NCBI GenBank assembly: GCA_973895155.1
Contig: OZ316891.1
Span: 14,415,037-14,479,036 of the forward strand
DNA from: Marsupella aquatica
Taxonomy: Eukaryota; Plantae; Marchantiophyta
Length of the DNA: 64,000 bases
Direction: 5' to 3'
In this document: positions 25,106 through 35,803 of the stretch, in pieces
Numbering within the stretch: the first letter of the stretch is position 1
How the letters are laid out: the number at the start of each line of letters is the position of its first letter
Notes under the pieces: model-generated
The model's database searches: none
The model's input: only the letters and a program-made list of their open reading frames with translations
Told to the model about the DNA's origin: nothing
Made by a program: the position numbers and the translations under genes

Positions 25106-26559
25106 AGTGGTGGACCTAGCCACCCAGCACCCTCTCCTAAGTGCCCCTAGTGCCCGAACGCCTCCACGGAATACCTTGAGCAAGCAACCTGATGCCCTTT
25201 GCACCGCCTGCAGCCCCTCCGATACAAAGCAACACTTTCTCTCTAATGTAACCACTACTCAACGGTTCTCACTGTCTGCACAAGCAACCAAGTGTCTCTG
25301 TAAGTAACCACAACAGGATCTAGATCTTGTCCAAGTCTAGCATCCTAACTCAAGTTCAACGGACATTGGTAAGTAGGTCAACGATAGATCCTCCCAATGC
25401 CATAAGCCGGAACCAGAACTGACACCCACTGTTTGTCTAGAACAACTCCTTCCTTGGGTGCAGCCGGGTTCCCCTTGTACCTATCCATCACCAACTGACC
25501 GCCCTGCCCCTAGGACATGCTCATGGCTCAAATAGTGTAGCTTGTCCCAACACGTTGGGACCAGAATGGCCCCGACTCTAGCAACCAACTCCCGGTTCTT
25601 GCCCGTTGATAGCCTAGGGGCCAAGTGCACTTGGAACTCATCCTCCATGCCTACTTGGCCTTGCCTCCTCAATGCAAGTTCCCTTGGGAGACTGAACGCG
25701 GCTTAACTGCTATTTTGGTAGGATTTGGCAAGCGGACAAACTAACCCCCGTAAACCCCAAGAATCCATGGCACCCCTAGACCCAGTTGAGCTCAGAAGGA
25801 TGTAATCCTCCTTGAAATATTTCTAGCGTACCCAAGAAGTACTCCAACGGACTTCCCGTTGTGAAGTTATCGTTGTTTCCGTTTGGCGTTTTCCTTTAGT
25901 GTCGCGACCGGCACGGCTCACGACTTTCGCCCATCCTCAGCCCCCAAGGAGACATCACTCCCCTCATATATGCTTCTGGAGACCTCCACCCCTGGACCTA
26001 CTTTGGTCCCCAAATTTTGGCCCCCCACCTAGACCCCAACCTGCATAACTTGGCGCGCCACCAACTGGTGATGCCTATAACTTTCTAGTTAGGTGTCCGT
26101 AAGTAGAGTGCCTTAGCTTGTTGTGATGGAGCCGACCCAGTGCTCATGCCTAGGCCCTCAGATCCCGTCGTTGCCCAGGACCCCTGATCGGCCAAACCTG
26201 GATCGAGCCATAACTCGTGCCCCAAGCGTCCGTTGCCCATGGAGTGAACTCCATTGGCCTTGGGCCCAAGAGGAGCTCTCACTCAAGCCCTCATAACCCA
26301 AAGTCCTTTCGGGGGTCCGGACATTTGACCTTGAGTCTAGACCTTTCCCCTTAACCCGACCAGCCCTCAATTAGTCTAAGCCCTTAGTGTGTGTCATTAG
26401 CTTAGTGCTTGCCTTCGCCAGTGCCACGCTCCATTGCCCACAAGCCTCCCCATGCTAAGCCCTCCCCGGATGGCCGTTCCGGGCCTGGACCATAGGAGAG
26501 CTCGGCATCGGAGTCAATGACGCTAGAGCTAAGTATTAAGGTAGTCGGGTTCCGCAAAT
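25106..26559 (-). mobile_element. 1454-bp non-coding insertion, probable solo LTR with non-canonical termini
   Basis: Exact 5-bp TSD CCATG (25101-25105 / 26560-26564). Removing it restores RT ...LFAM|AHLRAI.... A TATA-like catatatgagggg lies on the minus strand (~25960-25972). Ends are AGT..AAT, not TG..CA. Confidence 0.7.
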
Positions 26560-27207
26560 CCATGGCGCACCTTCGGGCTATCTAGGCCTCTTCAGTTGCT
26601 TTCCCAGGCTGCTTGTTTCCTTTTGTTGCGGATGATACTCACATTGTTGCCCCTGTCTCGTTTGTTGGGGAGGCTTATACCCACTTTGTGTACCCGCTTA
26701 CCCCCATTGGTCTTTCAGTTCAGCCTAGGAAGTGTGGGGTTTGGTCTCGTCTCCCCCTCCCTAACTCCTTCACCCCCCTTCTTGATATACCCATTTGGCT
26801 CGAGGGCATTAGAGTCCTCGGGATGCCGTTTGGGGGGGCTGTCTTTGAGCAGGATTTTCTTCAGGCTGCTCTGTCCTAGGATGTTTTCCCGGATGTTTTG
26901 CATATTCACCAATTGGCAGCCTTGGGAGATGCCCAGATTGCCTTCTTGATCCTGGTCCTGTGTTTTATTTGGCATCCTTCCTATCTTCTCAGGACGGTCC
27001 CTCCTACCGTAATGTTTCTGTCCTTGCTCTCTTCTTTGGACACCACTATGATGAGAGTCTTTGGTCATCTCATTGGTACGGGAGCCCTTAATGGAGAGGA
27101 TGGTTCTTTTGTGGCTAGGCAGGCTGCATTGCCCCCATCGAGAGGTGGTATGGGGGTGGCCTCGACAGTGGACACTGCCCCTTGCACGTTTCTTGGTAGT
27201 TGGGCGT

Positions 27208-28870
27208 TGTCGTAAGGAAATTAGATTATATGGAGAATAGCTTGGTTTTGTGTGAAAATATAAAAATAAGGGTTTTTGTGGTAAACAGTAGATTTTAGTT
27301 TTCACCAAAGTACAATTGTAAGTCTTGGTAATTTTCTGGAATTACCATAGTAAAAAGGTAAATTCCAATAACTTCTAGAATCTACCATAGTAAATAGTAA
27401 TTTCTAGTTTTACCACAGTAAAAAGGTAAATTCCGGTAACTTCTAGAATTTACCATGGTAAAAAGTAAGTTCTAGAATTTATCGTGGGTAAATAGTAAAA
27501 TCTAGTAAGTTCTAGTAAGTTCTAGTATCTTCTAGGATACTCTTGTAAAGGGACCAGCGTGGCCTGGCTTCAACTATAAATAAGAGGGAGGCTCGCCCTC
27601 CCAAGGGAGTCTATTTTCCAGCATTTCAAGTGTATGAGTGTGAGGATAGAGAGTGCATAGAGCGCATATTGTGTGCATTTGCATTGGAGGAATGCTTGAA
27701 CATTGGTTCTAGGACTAACGGAATGGCTATGTCGTCGGTTTCGATGGTGGAAGGGTTCTAAGTTTCTTGATTCTTGGTCATGGAAGGCACTGCCACCACT
27801 CGAGTACCTTGAAGATGGAGCTTTGAATCTGGCAAGGTTGGCTATGCCGCCAATACCATAGATATAATGTCCATGAACCTGTGATCAAGTAGGGACGGCT
27901 CTGCCACTAAGTAAGTAATAGGAAGTATGAATGTCAATATTGATTTGAATGAGAGTCCGTAGATTCTGAATTTGCGTTCTACGGTGAGCATTAAGTTGAT
28001 AGTAAAGAGGAAGGTAGATATTAGGCAGGTTGTTACACAGAAGTTTGGAGAAGAAGGATACACTGCAATTATCACGTCATCGAATCCATTAATACTATAT
28101 AGATGCATAGATGGGGATGTGAGTGTGTTCATAATAGTGTAATAGAAGAGAGATCATAGCCAAGAGTTGATAGAGGCACGTAGAGAAGATTATCACTTGG
28201 AGGAGAGATTTGTGGAGTGTAGGCCTGGCCCCGACTACTCTGGTGTCATTGCCAATATCTGGAGTAGATCACACATGTCTCTTGGTACCAAAAGTGCTTA
28301 GGAGTCCTTGTAGAAAAGGGTACGCCCTTCCCACCCAGCTTATCTGGAGAAAACCGCAAGAGACACAGGGGAACCCAAGGAACTTGAGAAATGGCCGAGA
28401 GGGGACAAGGCTCTCAAGGGAATTGGTTCTAAGCATGAGGTCTCTTACAAGTGATAAGTAGCATAATTAGCACATGTAGCCATACACCCGACGTGTTTTT
28501 GAGAGCTCACTATTCCCAGGACAGTGTGTTAAGGGTTGCTCTTAGTCTTGTGACTCATAGGTTACGGCACTTAGGCTAACCATAGTCGGGACCATAGTTA
28601 GGGTCTTAGCCGAGGTTAGGTTAGTTGTGTGTGAACTTGTATATACCAGGGCTAGTGTAAGCCGCTGGTATGTGGTGCTTACTCATTGTAACAAAGCAAC
28701 TTGAGGAAGAGGGAGAACATGTGTGTTCGTCTACTCTTGAAGTAAAGCTTGAGTGTTCGTGTGGACGTAGCCTTAGAGAAGAGGTGAACCACGTAGAGAT
28801 TGTGTTGACTATGTGTGCATGAAATGAGTAATGATTGGATCGTCATGAAGGAAGACGTCATAGTTCAATA
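27208..28870 (+). mobile_element. Solo LTR (~1.66 kb)
   Basis: Starts TGT and ends caaTA (decayed CA). Flanking duplication GGGCGT (27202-27207 / 28871-28876). TATA ctataaataagagg at ~27574, with subrepeats (ttctagaatttaccatagtaaa) at 27290-27535. Removing it restores RT ...GSWA|*VAPTL. Confidence 0.85.
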
Positions 28871-30710
28871 GGGCGTAGGTTGCTCCCACCTTGGCCTCAC
28901 GTTTTATTGTGGACCTTCGGCCTATCCTCTCTTACTTGGTCGTGGGAGTGGAGAACGGAGCTCTCCCGTTTCAGGTCCAGCTCTGTCATGCACGGTCATT
29001 ATTGTCGGTGGACGTGGAGAGCGTGGTCCTTGCATTCGAGGGGGTTGTTTTGGACAGTCCGGATTGAGTCCAGCAGGTGAACTCTGATCGCATGCACCAA
29101 CATACCCTTTCTAGCATGCTTTCTAAGGCACCCTCAGATTCAATTTGGGCACGTCTCTTATCCGTTTTGGGCGCTGGTTTGGGGGCTTGGCTATCGGGTA
29201 GTCCTCTCTGGGCCCCCTTTCGTATGAGGTCTTTTATCTTTACCACATCCACGCGCCTTTGGCTGGGCCTCCCCCGACCTTGCCTCTTGGGTCAGCCCAC
29301 ATGCGTCTGTGGTGCAACCCTTGATGGGCAGGGCATTCACATTCTCAGGTGCGGTCATGGTAGTGAGAAGACTGCGACACACAATGACATTTGGGATGTG
29401 GTGGCGGCCATCGCTCGGGACTCGGGGTACCATGTCATGATGGAGCAGAGATATGTGTTACCTCCACGGGATGGGGTTTTTGATTGTCATCGAGCAGATT
29501 TGGTCTTCTTTTGCACTGGAGTTCGTGCCCTTGGGGATGTTGTTGTCGTTGATCCGACCAGTGGGGCCACTGTGACTTCTGCCGCCCATGTACTTGGCCA
29601 TGCCGCTACAAGGGCATCTCAACTTAAGTAGGAGACCTATGTTGTGCGGTACCAGGGGACCTCTTCTATCTGTTTGCCGTGGAGATATTTGGGGCACTAC
29701 ACCCATCCTTTGGCCATTTTCTTAGTTCTTGCACAGTTCAATATGTTGAGCGGAGGCCTTATCCCCAGTGTCTGTCATCATGACATTCTTTAGACAAAGG
29801 GTGTCTGTTGCGCTTTACCGGGCCCAGGCATTCACTATTCTTTGTGGGGGTGAGGCTGTTGGTCTTAGGGCCTATAGTAGGATTCCTTTGCTTGACCCTC
29901 CTATGCAGTTCACATCGGAGCTATACCAGGCTCTTCAGTTTGCTGATCAATAGGCTTTGGGGTCCTGGTATTTGGGTCTTTGGTTGTTCCTTGTTTCTTT
30001 GCTTTCCTGGCCTTTCTTGGCCTGTTGGTTGGCCCCCCTTGATTGGGTCTTTTGCCTGGGGGATAATGTCTTCCGGTTGGGCGCTCTTTGTTTTTTTGGC
30101 AGTTTGAAATACTTCTGCAAGGGAAGTAGACTTAAGGTACGTAATTTTTGCTCTCTTAAATAGTTATTTTTTCTCAAATTTTTGGACTTACTCATATCTG
30201 AAAGTATTTCTCCAAAGCATAGTCTTACCTGAACTTTAGGAAGGTGAATCAACGGTTTTGGGTGCTATCCCGGTGCTATTTGGGTGCTGTTTTTTAGAAG
30301 TTATTTTTTGCACATAAATCATGGGGGACTTAAACAATTCTTTGATACTATTTTTCCATATTTTTTGTTGGAAATATTCACCTTAGACGTGAGCGTTTCC
30401 TTGGTGTCACTTTTGTGATATTTTTTTTAAGATGTGAGCACCTAGGTAGAGTATTTAGGCCACTTAAACAACAATTTTAATTCTCTAGCTTGTACACAAG
30501 GCATTAATAAGGCATCAATTGAATTCATAAAAATGAGCACATAGGATGCACATGGTAACAAATGTTAAAGCAGTTATATGACCTTATAATGTTTAGCTCA
30601 ATGTTGGTGCAACAACCACAAAATTAGCTATCAATCATATTGCAATTCATGTGTCTCTAGGTTTACTCAAAGTGACACTAAAAACTTTCACTTTGCATGT
30701 CACACTGTGA

Positions 30711-30957
30711 CACATCACGGACAGCAGCTAACAACCCTTTCTGGCAGTCAGAAATGAAAGGAATGTCTTTTGATCCAATCCCATGATCTATAGATTTTTC
30801 AAGTAGACCAAGAAACCATGTCCAATTATCAGTATTCTCAACAGGAGCCACTCCTTATGCAAGAATAACAATCCTCTAGTCTCCATCTTGCAATGTTGCT
30901 AGAAATAGCTGGCATTATTGCAAGGCATCTAGAGTAGCAGAAGGACAAACAAAGGCT
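30711..30957 (-). pseudogene. MULE/MuDR transposase catalytic-domain remnant
   Basis: Reverse strand reads LFLATLQDGD*RIVILA*GVAPVENTDNWTWFLGLLEKSI...IPFISDCQKGLLAAVRDV, the MULE E..x.W.WFL / ISDrqKGL..A signature. Confidence 0.9.
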
Positions 30958-32219
30958 CGTAAGTACATGAAGGGCTAAATATTTCGTACATAAGTTATAT
31001 ACTTGTTTTCAAACAAAAGTGTACTGAATTACTTGTAGACAGTACATCTGGTGTACTGACATAGATAGTTGTACATTATGTTACAATTAAAGATAGGAAA
31101 AAAATAATATGACAGGTTCTAAGAAAGGGTTACAAGGACAAGGGGCCCATTAAGAATATTTGAAAAGTTAGGGGGCTGGTCAGGAATATCTTTAGCTAGA
31201 GGGCCCCATCAAGTATTTTGCATTTTTGCTCATTGAAAGGGCAATCTTTAGTATGAGATTTGATCACAACTGTTCATATAAAGTGACCAATCCACTTTAA
31301 CTTTACAAGAAGGTACTTGTAGTGTACTTCTCCCAATCGTACATGGACTGTCCCCCCAAACTGCTTATGTGAATAGTGTAATTTTGGCCAAAGTCTAGAG
31401 AGCCTCGGGAGGGGTGATATTTTGAAAGTACCTCTCTGTCTCTTCTCATTTATCATACAATATTAAATATATGACCTGACTACCTTTTTGGGTCAAGAGT
31501 CATTCTAAATGGACCTTTGGGTCAGGTAGGGTATGGTAAAACATAAGAGACCTCTCAACTTTTGTACTCTCTTCCCTTGTAAAGACCACCACTATCCCCC
31601 AAGCTGTTGGAGGACAACATAGCACATTTAAAAATGTAGTTCAAGAAACTTTTTAATATTTACAGTACCCTGGATCCACCAGGTTTTGCTTTGAGGAGAG
31701 TGGCTGTTTAAATTCGCTTTGGGGACAGGTTACTAATTTGGACCAGATTGGGTGATAGTATAGTAAAATACAGTTTAATAACTTGGTCGTTTTCTTACAA
31801 ATGTTTTCTCCTAGTTTGGTAAAATAAATTGGCCTTCTTGGTCAAACATTTCAAAATGATTTCTTTATCTATGTCATAACGTCACAACTTACAAACCAAT
31901 GATTAGTCCAGGCGGCACCCCTGAAGCAAACAAATACCTGCACTCATTTGTCCTGTATGTACGGTACTATACATCCAACCTGACCCATACTGTCTCTACC
32001 GTGGTACTCTCTAAGTGCACACTGCTGGGAAGAAGCATCTGATGTGCACTTAACTGCGGTTTGCTCTAATCATAAGTGCAAATTTAATTTTTTGCATTTA
32101 TCAATAAGAGTGTAGGGTGCCTTGATTTGCAATGGGCTCTCTGTCAGTACTTACTCTTTCCCAGCTTCATTGTCATTACTCTGCATAAATGATATACTTA
32201 TCAATTAGTATGAGTCTCA

Positions 32220-32920
32220 GGAATTGCTAAAAAAATTGTGCTCTTCTCTTACCCATAAGGGTTTTCACTTGTATATTTGTCAATAGTGCAGCCTCTTTGC
32301 ACTTACAACCCATGAAGTGCAAGATAGTAGGAGAAAGGGAAAAATGGACTCATTGCAATTATCCAGGTTTTTCACTTTTTAAAATATGGAACACAGTTTT
32401 AAACTTGAAGAATGGACATTTTGCAATTATTCACTTTTGGCACTATGTAGTGTGCATGTACTTACATTTGCCATTTAGTGAGGCGCTCTCTGCACTTACC
32501 AAGTGCAAAATTCTCGGAAGACTAAATGGACTCCTTGCAATTATCCAGTTTTGCACTTATACATTTGTCATTTGGTGAGACTCCCCTTGCACTCACCTAA
32601 AAGTGCACAATGCTAGGGAAAAGAAAGGAGAGAAAGGATCCCTTGCAATTAGCCAGTTTTTTCACTTGTACATTTGTCTTTTAGTTTGTTCCTGACATTA
32701 AATCCCCTTAATACCCTCTAAACAGGACTTTACTGTACACAAAAAGTGCAAAACTGTTGGGGGAAAGAGAGCACTTGTTTTGGGGGGCATTATATCCCTT
32801 AATGCCCTCTAAACAAGAGTCTACTGTGTACAAAAGTGCAAAATGGTAGGGAAATAAAGGGAAGAAAGGTAGTCGTTGCAAGTAGCCAGGTTTTGCACTG
32901 ATTCTGTGTGCACTTAGCAG
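32220..32920. repeat. Degenerate tandem array of ~60-120-bp units (ttgcaattatccagtttttcactt...aagtgca)
   Basis: The motif recurs at ~32354, 32421, 32536, 32643 and 32876, and again at 34379 beyond the MULE copy. Confidence 0.7.
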
Positions 32921-33149
32921 GAGGCAAGTGGGTGAAGAAGAGGCCTTTGGGAGCATTATATGCAGTCTACAACCACCCTGGCCATACAAAAGGAGAAGGT
33001 CCAAGATTTCTCACTTTTTCTCATTCGTCTCCCCTAGTGTGAGACTTTGCTCCACAATGTTAGGAAAGAGTACTAAAAATGGTGAAACTTGGTGGATTTG
33101 TCATGGACAGGACTTTAATGTATACAAAACCCAGAAAGAGAAAAAGGGA

Positions 33150-34365
33150 AGCAAAAGACTTGATAGGGCCCCTCTAGGTAAAGATATCCCTGACAAACCC
33201 CTCACTTTTCATGACAAGCTCCTCATTTTTCAAATATGCTTCCTGGGGACCCTTGGCCCTGCAACCCCTCTTCATGACCTGTGTGATTATTTCCCCCCTT
33301 TTTTAATTCTAACATCTTAGGTACAGCTATGTATGCAATCAATGAGGTGTACTCCTTGGAAGTATTCTTCCATGTTATTTTGTTCAAAAATACTAACATA
33401 GTATACATATTTATTACTTAGACCCTGTCACTCCCCTATTCATTTTATCATTATTTTGAAGTAAGATAGGGTGTGGCACACAAAGTGAATTTTTTTAGTG
33501 TCATTTTGAGTAAACTTAGAGATGTGAGTTGTCGTATGATTTTGATAGCTAATTTTGTGATTGTTGCACCAACATTGAGCTCAAATTTCCAAGGTAATTT
33601 AATTGCTTTTACATTTGTTACTATGTGCATGCTCTATGCTCAATTTTATGAATTCAATTAATGCCTTGTGTACTAAGCTAAAGAATTTTATTATTGTCTT
33701 TAAGTGGCATTGTGTAAATTGCCTGAAATACTTACCTAAGTGCTCACATCTAGAAATTTTTTTTTCACAAAAATAACACCAAGGAAATGCTCACGTTTGA
33801 TTTGATTATTTCCAAAAAAACCTTGGGCAAAATAACATCAAAAAATTGTTTAGGTCCCATGTCATTTATTTGCAAAGAACAAATTTTAAAAAATTGCACC
33901 CCAAGAGCACTGAAAACAGTTGGTTCTCCTTAGGAATTTTCATATAAGACTATACTTGGAGAAATACTTTCAAGTATGAGTACTTCAAAAAATTGTCAGG
34001 GAATAACTAAGACAGTAAGTATTAAGTACATTAAATACTACATACTTTGCAGAAGTATTTCAAAACATGAATTAAATAAATATGACAGTGACAGGGACTA
34101 AATATTTTCTACATATGTTATATATGTATTTTTAAGGAGATTTTTAAGCAATAGTACACTGAAAATTACTTTTAGAGAATACATGGGGTGGACTGGCGTA
34201 AATAGTTATAAGGATTATGTTACAATTAAAAAAGGAGAAGAAGAATATCACACACGTCATGAGCAAGGGTTCCAGGGACAGAGGGCCCCACTAAGTATAT
34301 TTGAAAAGTGAGGGTTCCTCCGGGGATATCTTTGCCTAGAGGGGCCCATAAAGTCTTTTTCTGGA
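33150..34365. mobile_element. Second non-autonomous copy of the same MULE family, inverted and without the retroelement
   Basis: TIRs gacttgatagggcccctctaggtaaagatatccc and revcomp of gggatatctttgcctagaggggcccataaagtc. Interior 33460-34065 is the reverse complement homolog of 30103-30710. Possible 9-bp TSD aaaaaggga (33141 / 34366). Confidence 0.8.
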
Positions 34366-35803
34366 AAAAAGGGAGTCCTTGCAAGTAGCCAGGTTTTTTT
34401 CACTTATTCAGTGTGCACTTATCGAGTGAGTGAGTGACATTGACGAGCAATGTCCGTCGACCAGAAACCTCTCTCGTTTGCTTTGCTTTGCTTTGCTTGC
34501 TCGCTCGCTCGCACCAGAGCTTTTCTGGTTATGGCGGTTTTCGTGGTACGACATTTCCTTTCACCAATCGGCGGGCTTCGTCGTCCGGAGACTGCTGCAG
34601 AATGCCGAATGTTGCTGACCGGATTGGTGATGTTATGCGTTCGGTGTTCTTTTGCTTCGCGTCGCGTTGCCATGCGCTTGCTGACGACGGATAGAGTACT
34701 TCTTCGACATTAGAAAGGGCCGTGCCGGGTAGCAGCCAGCAGCAGCAATCCAGCAACAGCGGGGAATGAGGGAAGGGATCGGTTCGGCTGCTGTGATGTC
34801 ATTCTGTCGAAGCAGAACAACGGAACATTCCTCTAGCCTCGACAAGTCGGGACTTTGCGGCAGATGAGCCACTTACTTCAGAGTTTTTTTGGGGGTGTGG
34901 ATGTTCGTCTCGTCTGGTGGTACTGTAGGACTCGAGCGGAGGGAGAGAGTTGCTGGAATTGAGAGTCCCGGACTGGACACGGCGGTCGGCGGGGGCGAAA
35001 ATCCTGAACTGTTGTGCACCAGTGCACCTCCCCCGAGTGGATGATGGAGCTTTACCGATAAAGTAGCAGTTCAAGGAAGGCCAGGGCAGGACAGGAAAGG
35101 CACAGTAAAAAACTACAGTGGAAGGGAGTGAGAGGAGGCTGACTGGGATGATAGTGCACAGTGTAGGGGTCGTTGCAGATAAGCTTTTCTCAGCTTCGTA
35201 GAGTCTCCTCATCATTGTCTGGTTTTGATGCGAAGAGCAAGGGGAACTGGCAGAGGAAGGAAGATTCAGGACGTGGAGAAGGAGGAGAGGAGGAGGTGAG
35301 GGGAGTGTATTTGTATTTCGTTATTTCTAGAGCTAATTCTGCTGTGAAGGCAATTCTCAACTCTTGTCCTTCTGGAATGCACATTTGATCTTCTCGGCAA
35401 GGACAATTTAGAGGAACTAGCACAGGGAGGACACCTTGCAAGAGCTTTAGAGGAGGAGTTTCGACGGAAGCAAAGTAGTAGGCTATGAAGTAGCTGGCTG
35501 TGATTCTGGGAAGGGATAAGGAAGGGGATTATGGTGTTATTGTTACTACAACACCAGTAGTGAAGAAAGAACTAGGCCAGGGCGTGGCTGTCCTCGTGGA
35601 GGAAGTGAGCTCCAGTCAACTGGTGGATGCTGCAGCGGGACGGGATTGTACAGGCTAGAAAAATTAGGAAGAGAAGGCTGGGGCAGGACGAGAGGGACGA
35701 GGGGGGGCAGGAGGAGGGGGACGAGGAGGACTCCGTCGCTGGAGGAGAACGCTGGAGCGAAGAGCTGTCTCGCCGGGAAGGCGGGGCTCGGAGGCACATA
35801 ACA

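Larger units (their letters stand above)
24570..30098 (+). mobile_element. 5'-truncated CRE-like non-LTR retrotransposon (RT + CCHC zinc knuckle + restriction-like endonuclease), interrupted twice
   Basis: RT pieces: RLLAMAKETGGVRPLAIG, PHQFGV..GGCESVVH, QVDVVNAFN.VSR, R*GDPLGGALF, FVADDTHI, EGIRVLGMPFG, LPPSRGGMGV. C-terminus: CVCG..LDGQGIHILRCGHG...HNDI.D, RADL, DVVVVDP, FAVEIFG, RQRVSVAL.RAQA. Segments 24570-25105, 26565-27207 and 28877-29953, followed by a T-rich 3' tail. Confidence 0.9.
24292..31231. mobile_element. Mutator/MULE deletion derivative with ~260-bp TIRs, host of nested retroelements
   Basis: 24295-24552 is the inverted repeat of 30968-31221 (gcaaaat.cttgatggggccc.tctagctaaagatattcctga...tatttagcccttc). 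Direct repeat attgaaagg(gca) flanks both ends (24283 and 31232), consistent with a 9-bp TSD. An internal MULE transposase remnant is present. Confidence 0.85.
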
